Of a stretch of 64,000 nt of DNA, positions 1 to 7,871 are shown one piece after another (position 1 is the first letter of the stretch; every line of letters begins with the position of its first letter). The notes beneath the pieces were generated by a model. The model did not search any database, was not told the origin of the DNA, and was given only the letters and a program-made list of their open reading frames with translations. Position numbers and translations under genes: made by a program. Location of the stretch: NCBI GenBank assembly GCA_963785725.1, contig CAWAWS010000003.1, positions 128,001 through 192,000 of the forward strand, read 5' to 3'. Source of the stretch: an uncultured delta proteobacterium. Its GTDB lineage: Bacteria; Myxococcota_A; Polyangia; Palsa-1104.

Positions 1-66
1 GCGACGGGAGTTGAACCCGTAACACTCGATGGACAGTCGAGCCGCCGGCCGTTGGCGTTCGCAGGC
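1..66 (-). tRNA. tRNA-Asp(GTC), 3' end cut by window edge
   Basis: Reverse complement folds as a cloverleaf: anticodon arm CTCGA-CT GTC CA-TCGAG, T-arm ACGGG-TTCAACT-CCCGT. Confidence 0.8.
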
Positions 67-187
67 AAAACGAAAATGAAAATGGGGTGACCCAAAAATT
101 GCACCTCCCACTCCGTAGCTCGCCGCGGAATGAACCGCGTCGGAGTGGTCCCTCGCTCGAGGTCGGCCCGGTGCCTCTGCCGTCATT

Positions 188-262
188 TGGTCAGCGTGGT
201 CGGGATCGAACCGACGATCTCCTGCTCCCAAGGCAGGCGCGTTACCGCTTCGCTACACACTG
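188..262 (-). tRNA. tRNA-Pro(TGG), CCA encoded
   Basis: Anticodon arm CCTGC-CT TGG GA-GCAGG, GGTTCGATCC T-loop, ends ACCA. Confidence 0.92.
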
Positions 263-264
263 AT

Positions 265-500
265 TGGCGTCCCGTGCGGGAATCGAACCCGCGTTCTCGG
301 ATTGAAATCAGAAGGCCTGCCCATTAGTACCTCGCCACAGCAATTTCGACCGGTCTGCGCCGGTCCGCGACGCCCATGGCTTCGTTGCGACTCCTCAGAA
401 TACAACCAGTATTCCTTCGTCCTCGCGCCTCGCCCTGGACGCCGCCTCCTCGGCGGATACCAATCAAAATCACTGTGGCGAGGTACCAGCCGAACGGGAC
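265..500 (-). tRNA. tRNA-Glu (probably TTC) interrupted by a 162-nt insertion at the D-stem/D-loop junction; possibly pseudo
   Basis: 5' part 500..488 GTCCCGTTCGGCT and 3' part 325..265 AATGGGCAGGCC...GGTTCGATTCCCGCACGGGACGCCA rejoin into a Glu-type cloverleaf (acceptor GTCCCGT/ACGGGAC). The anticodon loop has only 6 nt (TTTCAA). Confidence 0.75.
326..487. mobile_element. MITE-like or structured insertion inside tRNA-Glu
   Basis: Perfect 14-bp terminal inverted repeat GTACCTCGCCACAG (327-340) / CTGTGGCGAGGTAC (473-486), extendable to 28 bp with G-U pairs; flanked by TA on the left and CA on the right. Confidence 0.65.
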
Positions 501-502
501 AG

Positions 503-574
503 TGACGCTGGAGAGAGTCGAACCCTTCATTCCCCGACTGAGCATCGGGTGGCCTTCCGTTAGCCGACAGCGCC
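503..574 (-). tRNA. tRNA-Glu(CTC), atypical G33
   Basis: Anticodon arm CCCGA-TG CTC AG-TCGGG; acceptor GGCGCTG/CAGCGTC. Confidence 0.8.
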
Positions 575-578
575 GAAA

Positions 579-651
579 TGGAGGTCCGCCGCGGAGTTGA
601 ACCGCGCCACTGCCGATTTGCAGTCGGCATCACTCGCCGGAGCCGCGGACC
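579..651 (-). tRNA. tRNA-Cys(GCA), short D-arm, CCA encoded
   Basis: GCCGA-CT GCA AA-TCGGC; U73 discriminator followed by CCA. Confidence 0.85.
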
Positions 652-658
652 CGAGCCG

Positions 659-734
659 TGGCGTACCCCCAGGGAATCGAACCCTGCTTGACCCGCTTAA
701 CAGGCGGGTGCCATCCCAGTCCGGCGCGGGGTAC
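659..734 (-). tRNA. tRNA-Asn(GTT), CCA encoded
   Basis: CCCGC-CT GTT AA-GCGGG; acceptor GTACCCC/GGGGTAC, ends GCCA. Confidence 0.88.
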
Positions 735-770
735 GAAGTATTAAGGAGACATAGATCGCGGAAGTGCGAG

Positions 771-841
771 CTCGGGCGCGTGGAATCGAACCACGATGAC
801 GAGATCCAAATGCTCGCGTCCTGCCATTGGACGACACCCGA
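771..841 (-). tRNA. tRNA-Gln(TTG)
   Basis: Starts with U1; anticodon loop AT TTG GA; GGTTCGATTCC T-arm; G73. Confidence 0.8.
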
Positions 842-842
842 A

Positions 843-917
843 TGGAGCGCGGTGCGGGAGTCGAACCCGTCCTCGCTGACTTGGAAGGCCAGGGCCCAAC
901 CGCTAGACCAACCGCGC
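843..917 (-). tRNA. tRNA-Gly(TCC), CCA encoded
   Basis: CTGGC-CT TCC AA-GTCAG; ends TCCA. Confidence 0.92.
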
Positions 918-926
918 CGAAGATCG

Positions 927-998
927 TGCCGCCGGCAGGAATCGAACCTGCACCCAGCCGGTTAAAAACCGGCTGCTCTGCCGCTGAGCTACGGCGGC
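927..998 (-). tRNA. tRNA-Lys(TTT)
   Basis: GCCGG-TT TTT AA-CCGGC; canonical TAGCTCAG D-arm. Confidence 0.92.
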
Positions 999-1009
999 GT
1001 TGCCGCTTT

Positions 1010-1084
1010 TGGTGCGCGCCGTGGGAATCGAACCCACCTTCAACGGATTAAGAATCCGTCGCCTCACCAGTCGGCTTGGCGCGC
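1010..1084 (-). tRNA. tRNA-Lys(CTT), CCA encoded
   Basis: ACGGA-TT CTT AA-TCCGT; ends ACCA. Confidence 0.88.
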
Positions 1085-1180
1085 AATGGAGCTCTCTTCC
1101 GAAAGACGAGAGCTCTCTTCTCATGACGTCGCTATTCGATTATCAAAGCGGACGAAACCAATCGGTTTCGCCCATATTCG

Positions 1181-1265
1181 TGGGCCGCCTGGGAATCGAA
1201 CCCAGCGAGCTCCGCGGAGCGCCTGATTTACAATCAGGCCCGTCTCCATAACGGTCTAACGACCC
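1181..1265 (-). tRNA. tRNA-Tyr(GTA)
   Basis: CCTGA-TT GTA AA-TCAGG with a long variable arm (GCTCC GC GGAGC), as in bacterial tRNA-Tyr. Confidence 0.92.
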
Positions 1266-1273
1266 GGGCGCAG

Positions 1274-1345
1274 AGCGGCCGGCGGGAATCGAACCCGCCA
1301 CTCCGACTTGGCAAGCCGGCGTGTCTCCCACGACACCTCGACCGC
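1274..1345 (-). tRNA. tRNA-Gly(GCC), first tRNA of the array
   Basis: CCGGC-TT GCC AA-GTCGG; GGTTCGATTCC T-arm; U73. Confidence 0.88.
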
Positions 1346-1608
1346 AGGACGCACGAATCCCCTGGCGCGCATTCGAGCGTTCGAGCCCAAATGCGCCTTT
1401 CGGGAGCGCTGGTCTGCCGATGAGCTACGCGGCCGTCAGATGCGGAGCACCGACGGACCGCACGCCGTGAGTCGATCGCGGAAACCCCAATGGTCTCCGA
1501 CGTCGACCTCGCCGTTCGCGCTCATCTGTCCGTCGTGTTTGTCCCGCATCCTCGCTCTCGCGCGCTGCGAAGGCGCGCCTGGTTCTGGTTTCGGTCGCCG
1601 AAACGGCG

Positions 1609-1641
1609 AAGGGCCGGGAACCTCTCGGTTCACCGGCCCTT
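1609..1641 (-). terminator. Attenuator (terminator-like) hairpin upstream of the tRNA array
   Basis: AAGGGCCGG-T-GAACC-GAGA-GGTTC-CCGGCCCTT: 14 bp with a GNRA loop, but only a weak U tail (CGCCGTTTC). Confidence 0.6.
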
Positions 1642-1670
1642 GGGTCGATCCTGTGCTGCTAAGGATCAAA

Positions 1671-1823
1671 CTAAGGGCCGCTATTGTCCCAATCGAGGCA
1701 CGGCTGACGACCATGGAAATTCTCCACGATTCGTCCGCACGTACGCAGACCGGCCACGGCGACGACGCGCGTCGAGCGCGTCGTGTCTTGGCCGTTCCGA
1801 TACAATTTGGTTTCGCTCGACAT
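1671..1823 (-). CDS. Putative 50-aa leader peptide of the tRNA array
   Basis: ATG at 1823 with purine-rich AGAGGGGA about 12-14 nt upstream; the last codons CGGCCCTT are complementary to the 5' arm of the downstream hairpin. Confidence 0.55.
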   Translation of the reverse strand: MSSETKLYRNGQDTTRSTRVVAVAGLRTCGRIVENFHGRQPCLDWDNSGP

Positions 1824-2331
1824 GGAAGAATCTCGTCCCCTCTTGCTAAAGGCTACGACGAATAGAGTCAAGTAAAAATCGAAACTGCATATTCGTTTTC
1901 ATTCTACATACGAGTATTGAATTCATTATTCGCTATTCTTCTCGCGCAGATTCCCGGCGCGCACGAATCGATTGGGGACTGGACGATCGCTCGGCCATTC
2001 TTGCCGCCGGGCCGGCAGCTCCGCGCGCTCCAGCGGCCTCGCATTCCAGCGCTGAGACGATCGAGCCCGCGCTCTCGCTCGACGACGGTGTCGCCGGAGA
2101 TCGTCCTCGGCCATCGCCGCCGGAGGATCAAAGAGATCAGGACGTTAGTATCGCGGTCACGGAACGCCCGACAGCAACGTCGGCAGCGAGCACACGTCAC
2201 GATCGCAGGAGGCAACGGCGCGCGGCGTGGCCGTGACAGCCGGGCGACGCGCGACCCGCTAGGCAGTGCCGGCGTCGGCGGTGTAAGGTCGCGTCGCGCA
2301 GTAAAAGGCGCCATTCAGGGAGACAGAGGCC

Positions 2332-2886
2332 ATGGCCAAGAAGATGTCGGATACGAACAAGAACAAGCTCAAGCAGGCGCGCGAAGTGCGGCTGGCGACG
2401 CCGACCGATCTGTCCTCGGAGGCGACGCGCGACATCGGCGGCGCGCTGAACGGCATTTTGGCGGACGTGTTCGCGCTCTACTTCAAGACCAAGAACTTCC
2501 ATTGGCACGTGAGCGGACCGCACTTCCGCGACTACCACTTGCTGCTCGACGAGCAGGCGGACCAGATCTTCGCGATGGGCGATCCGATCGCCGAGCGCAT
2601 CCGCAAGATCGGCGGGCCGACGATCCGCTCGATCGGTCACATCGCCAAGCTGCAGCACATCAGCGACAACGACGCCGATTACGTCGATCCGCTCGACATG
2701 CTGGCGGAGCTGCGCGAGGACAACAAGTCGCTGGCGTCGCGGCTGCGCGATGTGCACGACCTCGTCGACGAATTCCGCGACATCGCCTCGGCCAGCCTGA
2801 TCGAAAATTGGATCGACGAGACCGAGCGCCGCACCTGGTTCCTGTTCGAAGCCAGCCGCCGCGGCGACGCCGGCACCGGCCACTAG
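2332..2886 (+). CDS. dps: Dps DNA starvation/stationary-phase protection protein
   Basis: KTKNFHWHVSGPHFRDYHLLLDEQ and D-x-IAER ferroxidase motifs. Confidence 0.95.
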   Translation: MAKKMSDTNKNKLKQAREVRLATPTDLSSEATRDIGGALNGILADVFALYFKTKNFHWHVSGPHFRDYHLLLDEQADQIFAMGDPIAERIRKIGGPTIRSIGHIAKLQHISDNDADYVDPLDMLAELREDNKSLASRLRDVHDLVDEFRDIASASLIENWIDETERRTWFLFEASRRGDAGTGH

Positions 2887-3113
2887 CCTTCACGCAGCGC
2901 GCGCCCGTGCGGGCCTCATCGTAGACGGGTCCATCGTATCGCGCGCTGTCGCAGTCGCACCGTCGACGCAAGCATGAGCAGCAGTAGGCGCTGCGAATCG
3001 GGACGCGTGGGGGCGTCGTCCCGATTCGTGGGCGCTCGTGACGCCTTGGCGCTGTCGGTGCGGCTTGGCTGCCGACGCTCAGCGGTCGTGGCGGGTCGTC
3101 GCCGGCGCGGGCG

Positions 3114-3407
3114 TCATTCGCAGACGCCGTCGCCACCGAGCGGCTCGCGCGGCGAGATCAGCGGGAACGCGCAGATGCCGTGGCAGCAGTCGCTGCTTTG
3201 GCAGCATGAGGAGCCCGACGGCAAGCAGGCGCCGCCATCACCGACGGCGCTGTTGCAGTGGCCGCCGAAGTCGTAGGCGGGCGTGGTCGTCGCCAGGTCG
3301 GCGACGGCGGCGCTGCCGTCGCCCGACGTCGACGAGTCGGCGCAGCTCGCCGCCAAGCCGAAGCCGAGCAGGAACGAGAGCGAACGAAGCCGCGACCTGA
3401 ATTTCAC
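3114..3407 (-). CDS. Small Cys-rich lipoprotein
   Basis: GTG start, signal peptide ending LAASC, C-terminal CLPSGSSCCQSSDCCHGIC knot-like motif. Confidence 0.65.
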   Translation of the reverse strand: MKFRSRLRSLSFLLGFGLAASCADSSTSGDGSAAVADLATTTPAYDFGGHCNSAVGDGGACLPSGSSCCQSSDCCHGICAFPLISPREPLGGDGVCE

Positions 3408-3418
3408 CCGACCGCGGC

Positions 3419-4001
3419 TCAAACGACGCCGACCATCAACAGCACGCCCACGCCGAGGAAGACGACGGCCGCCACCTTTTGCGTCAGGTGCGGGTCGAGC
3501 AGCTTGGCCGCACGGTTGCCGACGAAGACAGCGAGGGCGGCGACACACCACAACGCCAGCGACGAGGCGACGAAGATCGTGAGCCAGGCGTGATGCTTGG
3601 CTTCGAAGGCGGCGGTGCCGATCTGCGTCGAGATCGCCCCACTCGGCGATGAAGACGACGGCGAAGACCGTCCATAAAGCGCGCCAGAAGCCGGCTTGCG
3701 GCCGGCCGTCGGCGGATTCGTCGTCGGCGTCGGGCTTGCGGAGCCACATGACGAGCGCGCAGCCGATGAAGACGAGGCCGGAGCCGATGTGGACGATTTT
3801 CTCGGGCAGCTTGGCCAGGAGCGCGCCGGCGGCGACGGCGATGATGCTCTGCGCCGTTAGCGCCAGCGCCGCGCCGAGGAACACGGGCAGCGCGCGGTGA
3901 CGCGTGGCCAGGACCATGGCCGCCAGCGCCGTCTTGTCGGGCAGCTCGGCGAGAAAGATGACGCCGAAGACGGTCGCGAACAGGCGCGGCGCGATCGTCA
4001 G
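3419..4001 (-). CDS. TMEM165/GDT1 (UPF0016) Mn2+/Ca2+ transporter, frameshift near 3630; start uncertain
   Basis: Duplicated motifs FLAELPDKT and FIAEWGDL(TQ); hydrophobic C-terminus continues in another frame to the stop at 3419. Confidence 0.8.
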
Positions 4002-4184
4002 CTCGGTGGGAAAGTGCGGCAAGTGGGCTCCTCGTGGCCGCGATGCCGCTGCGTCCGCGTCGGCGATTCCGCGTCGTGGCGAGGATAAAGCCCGTCGCCG
4101 TCGATGGCAAGGCTGCGCGCACGGCATGGGGTCCGCCGGCGGCGCGCGTCACGCCCGCCGGCCAACGCGGTCGTCGCGCCGGCG

Positions 4185-5963
4185 TCAGCTGGCGTGGCGC
4201 AGCCGCAGCCCGACGAACGCCAGCGTCGAGCGCGCGATGGCGGCAACGAGGCGGCTCGCCGTCACGCGTGCGGGCGCGCGCAGTTCGCCGGCGGTGAACT
4301 GCCGCAACGCCTCGGCGCGCCGCAGCTTGCCGCTCGACGTGCGCGGCAACGTCCCCGGCGCCAGCACGCGAACCGTGTGCGCGCGAACGCCGGTGCGCGC
4401 GAGGATGGCGTCGCGAATGCGGTCGGCGAGCGCCGCCGCCGCGACGACGCTGCCGCCGGCGCGCTCGGCCAGGATCAGCAGCTGCTCCTCGCCGCCGTCG
4501 GGCAAAAAGCCGAGCGCCACCGCGCAGCCGTGACGCACGCCGCTGACGCGATCGAGGCACTCTTCGAACTCTTGTGGCGCGTGGTTGGCGCCGCGGATGA
4601 TGACGACGTCCTTGGCGCGCCCGCACACGTAGAGCTCACCGTCGGCGAAGAAGCCGCGATCGCCGGTGGCCAGCCAGCCGTCGAGGAGGACGCGCGCGGT
4701 CGCCGCCGGCGCGTCGAAGTAGTCGCGCATCACCGACGGCCCGCGGACCCAAATGTCGCCGAGGCGACGCTCGCCCACGTCGCCGCCGGCCTCGTCGCGC
4801 AGGACGACTTCGACGCCGGGAACGGGCACGCCGACCGAGGCGATGCGGCGGCCGCCGCGGTCGGGATGGTCGACGGCGTGCCCGCTCTTGGCCAGCCGCG
4901 ACGGATCGATCGACAGCGCGCGCGGCGGTCGTCCGCGCGGCGCGAACGTCACGGCCAGCGACGCCTCGGCCAAGCCATAGACGGGCATGAGCGACTGCGC
5001 GTCGAAGCCGTAAGGCGCGAAACGGGTGGCGAACTCATCGAGCACGCCGACCGACACCGGCTCGGCGCCGTTGAGCGCGAAGCGCCAGGTCGACAAATCG
5101 ACGCCGCGCAGCTCGGCGTCGGCGATGCGCGTCGTGCACAGCGAATAGGCGAAGCTCGGCGCCGGCGAGACCGTCGCGCGATGGCGGGAGATCGCGCGCA
5201 GCCACAGCGCCGGTCGCGCCAAGAACAGCTCGGGCGGAATGAGGACGAGCGAATCGGGCCGATAGATCGCGCTCAAGAGACAGCCGATGAGCCCCATGTC
5301 GTGATGCAGCGGCAGCCAGGAGACACCGACCTGCCGGCTGGCATCGCGCGACGGGACCATCTGCTCGATCGTCGCCAGCTGCGCCATGAGGTTGGCTTGC
5401 GTCAGCGCCACCGGCTTCGGATCGACCGTCGACCCCGACGAAAACTGGATGAGGCCGACCTCGGCCGGCAAGCGCTCGCGCTCGCCGCCCGACCGCGCCG
5501 CGGCGCCGACGTCTCCGTCGACGAGGAGACAGCCGAGCGGCGGCCGCGCCTTGGCGATGGCGACGCCGAGCAGCCGGCGAATGCGCGCGTCGGTCAAGAC
5601 CAGGCTAACGCTGACGCTCGTCATCATACGCGCCGTCGACTCGTGGAACTCGTCGAGGCGACCGAGACGCAGCGGCGGCGAGAGCGGCACCGGAATCGCG
5701 CCCGCCAGCGACACGCCGAAGAAGGCGTCGAGGAACGCCGGGCCGGTCGCCAAGACGAGGGCCACGCGGTCGCCGGGCGCGACGCCACGCGCGATGAGCC
5801 CGGCGGCGACGCCCAGCGCGCGCGCCCGAATCTGGCGCCAGGTCGCGACCGTCTCGCGCTCCTGCAGGTCGACGAAGGTCATGCCGCCCGGCCCGTCGAC
5901 GGCGGCGCGCAGGGCGGCGGCGATCGAAGCGTGCCGCGGCGCCGGCGCCGGCGCGCCCCTCAC
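4185..5963 (-). CDS. Fatty acyl-AMP ligase (FAAL)
   Basis: IQFSSGSTVDPK, SWLPLHHDMGLIG, YGLAE, TGDRG, LPRTSSGK motifs. Confidence 0.92.
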   Translation of the reverse strand: MRGAPAPAPRHASIAAALRAAVDGPGGMTFVDLQERETVATWRQIRARALGVAAGLIARGVAPGDRVALVLATGPAFLDAFFGVSLAGAIPVPLSPPLRLGRLDEFHESTARMMTSVSVSLVLTDARIRRLLGVAIAKARPPLGCLLVDGDVGAAARSGGERERLPAEVGLIQFSSGSTVDPKPVALTQANLMAQLATIEQMVPSRDASRQVGVSWLPLHHDMGLIGCLLSAIYRPDSLVLIPPELFLARPALWLRAISRHRATVSPAPSFAYSLCTTRIADAELRGVDLSTWRFALNGAEPVSVGVLDEFATRFAPYGFDAQSLMPVYGLAEASLAVTFAPRGRPPRALSIDPSRLAKSGHAVDHPDRGGRRIASVGVPVPGVEVVLRDEAGGDVGERRLGDIWVRGPSVMRDYFDAPAATARVLLDGWLATGDRGFFADGELYVCGRAKDVVIIRGANHAPQEFEECLDRVSGVRHGCAVALGFLPDGGEEQLLILAERAGGSVVAAAALADRIRDAILARTGVRAHTVRVLAPGTLPRTSSGKLRRAEALRQFTAGELRAPARVTASRLVAAIARSTLAFVGLRLRHAS

Positions 5964-6217
5964 GACGACGCCGCCCGCGCCCGCTCGACGACGCAGCGGG
6001 CCAACTCGGCGACGGTGCGCACGCGCGTCGTGTCGTCGTCGTTGAGGATGACCCGATAGCGATCTTCGAGCTCGACGGCGAGCGCGGTCAGCGACATCGA
6101 ATCGAGCCCCAAGTCGTCGACGAGCCAATCGGTCGGCCGCACCTCGCGCGGCGTGCGGCTCTCGCGCGCGACGACGCGGCGAATATCGTCCATGACGAGC
6201 GCTTCGGACACGATCAT
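5960..6217 (-). CDS. Acyl carrier protein
   Basis: DLGLDSMSL phosphopantetheine attachment motif; 4-nt overlaps with both neighbours. Confidence 0.92.
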   Translation of the reverse strand: MIVSEALVMDDIRRVVARESRTPREVRPTDWLVDDLGLDSMSLTALAVELEDRYRVILNDDDTTRVRTVAELARCVVERARAASS

Positions 6218-6795
6218 GCGAGACCTCCCGGAATGAAGCGCGGCGTGGCGGCGAATGCGCGCGCATAAGCGGGACCCAACGCCGCCTCTTCGGTCCTGAT
6301 TCGCCGCCGCAGAATGAACGCATTGCCAATCGTGAACGAGACGGCGATGACCACCGCGACGACGCTGCCGCCCAGAGCGAGCGGGACACACGCCATTTCC
6401 AGACAGACCGCGACGTAGTTGGGATGGCGAATCCAGCGATAGGGCCCGCCGACGACTGCGGGCGCGCCCGGCAAGACGATGACGCGCGTATTCCAGTGTT
6501 CGCCGAGCGCGCTAATCGCCCAATAGCGTAAGGCTTGCGCCAAGAGCGCGCCGATGAGCGCGATGACGGCGAGCGCCGACGCGTGGATAGGCGGCGATAT
6601 CCATATTTGCGCGAAACAAACGGCGAGAAACGCCATATGAAATATGGCCATGACGCGATATTCGCGCGGCCCGACTTCGACGGCGCCGCGGGCGAACGCG
6701 CGCCGCGCGTTGCGCCGCGACAGCACGAGCTCGCCCAAGCGTTCGAGCGCCAGCAGCGTGAGGAAGAGCAGATAAATGGCGCGCCAATTCACCAT
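6214..6795 (-). CDS. Isoprenylcysteine carboxyl methyltransferase-family (SrsB/BpsB-like) methyltransferase
   Basis: LGEHWNTRV and GPYRWIRHPNY motifs; membrane protein beside a type III PKS. Confidence 0.9.
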   Translation of the reverse strand: MVNWRAIYLLFLTLLALERLGELVLSRRNARRAFARGAVEVGPREYRVMAIFHMAFLAVCFAQIWISPPIHASALAVIALIGALLAQALRYWAISALGEHWNTRVIVLPGAPAVVGGPYRWIRHPNYVAVCLEMACVPLALGGSVVAVVIAVSFTIGNAFILRRRIRTEEAALGPAYARAFAATPRFIPGGLA

Positions 6796-7871
6796 TTGAG
6801 CAGCACGAGCTCGGAGCAGAAACCGGGCCCCATCGCCAACAACAGGCCGTCATCGCCGGGCCGCGCGACGGCGTCGTCCATCAAGTCACGCAGCACGAAC
6901 AGCACCGACGCCGAGGATAGATTGCCGACTTTCTCCAGCGAATCCCAAGAGCGTTGCAGCGCGCCCGGCGCCAACCCCAAGGTCTCCGATAATGCGGACA
7001 ACACTTTGGGACCGCCGGTATGCGCGACGACGTGTTTGATATCGGAACGGTCGAGCTGATATGCCGCTAAGAACGAATCGACGTCATGACCGACATATTT
7101 ATAGACGAGCTCGGGAACATTACCCGCGAGCACGATCTTGAAACCGCTATCGACCATGTCCCAGCCCATGACGCGCTCGGTATCGGGATAAAAGACGGAA
7201 CGAGAAGCGATGATGGAAGGGCCCGCGACCCGGCCGCGCGCGCGGGCGCCGCCGGCGAGAATGACCGCGGCCGCGCCGTCGCCGAAGAGGCCGGTGGCGA
7301 TGAGGTTGGCGACGGAGAGGTCGCCGCGCTGCAGCGTCAGCGAGCACAGCTCGGTCGACAACAGCAGCGCGACCTCGTCGGGAAAGGCGCGCAAATAGTC
7401 GGCGGCGCGCGCGATGCCGGCGGCGCCCGCCATGCAGCCGAGGCCGAAGATCGGCGTGCGCTTGACGTCGCTGCGCATGCCGAGGCGATTGACGAGCCGC
7501 GCGTCGAGGCTGGGCACGGCGACGCCGGTGACGGTCACGAAGAAAATGTGGTCGACGTCTTTGGGCGTCAGCTGGGCGCGTTCGAGCGCCTCACGCGTGG
7601 CCGCTTCACCGACCTCCAAGGCGACGGCGATCCAAGCGTCATTCGATTTCTGAAATGAGTCGAGGTCCTCGTAGTCTTTTAGCGGCAGCGCCAAATAGCG
7701 GCCCGATACTTTGACGGCGCGGTGCATATCCTCGACGCGCGCCGGGTTGAAGTGCTGCTTGACCCACAATCGCTTGAGCGCGTCGGCCAATTCGTCCTGA
7801 TTGGCGTAGTGTTTCGGCAGCGCGCGGCCGACCGAGAGGACCGACGGCGCGGGTGTCGCAGGTGAATTCAT
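6789..7871 (-). CDS. Type III polyketide synthase
   Basis: Cys-His-Asn triad: GLGCMAG, AHTGG, GNLSSASV; also FGDGAAA and GPGF. Confidence 0.95.
   Translation of the reverse strand: MNSPATPAPSVLSVGRALPKHYANQDELADALKRLWVKQHFNPARVEDMHRAVKVSGRYLALPLKDYEDLDSFQKSNDAWIAVALEVGEAATREALERAQLTPKDVDHIFFVTVTGVAVPSLDARLVNRLGMRSDVKRTPIFGLGCMAGAAGIARAADYLRAFPDEVALLLSTELCSLTLQRGDLSVANLIATGLFGDGAAAVILAGGARARGRVAGPSIIASRSVFYPDTERVMGWDMVDSGFKIVLAGNVPELVYKYVGHDVDSFLAAYQLDRSDIKHVVAHTGGPKVLSALSETLGLAPGALQRSWDSLEKVGNLSSASVLFVLRDLMDDAVARPGDDGLLLAMGPGFCSELVLLKW

Noticed and set aside
296..312. tRNA-Sec or opal suppressor (TCA anticodon)
   Set aside because: TTTCAA can be read as TCA, but the acceptor, D-arm and G73 are Glu-like and there is no long variable arm
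326..487. Group I or group II intron
   Set aside because: Too short, no terminal G, no GUGYG start, no recognisable catalytic core
130..1331. Short ORFs over the tRNA array
   Set aside because: Shadow ORFs of tRNA genes with no protein-like features
1410..1500. Hammerhead ribozyme (CCGATGAG...GAAAC)
   Set aside because: Core deviates from CUGANGA, flanking stems do not fit, and it lies on the non-transcribed strand
1843..1871. sigma70 promoter TTGACT-N17-TAGCAA for the tRNA leader
   Set aside because: The -10 lacks the conserved final T and the implied start would clip the SD; not supported enough to list as a feature
4104..6059. Long antisense or alternate-frame ORFs (also 8293-9504, 21950-23629, 49167-51248, 57142-58851, 61881-63806)
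   Set aside because: Arg/Ala-rich shadows of real genes, typical of high-GC DNA
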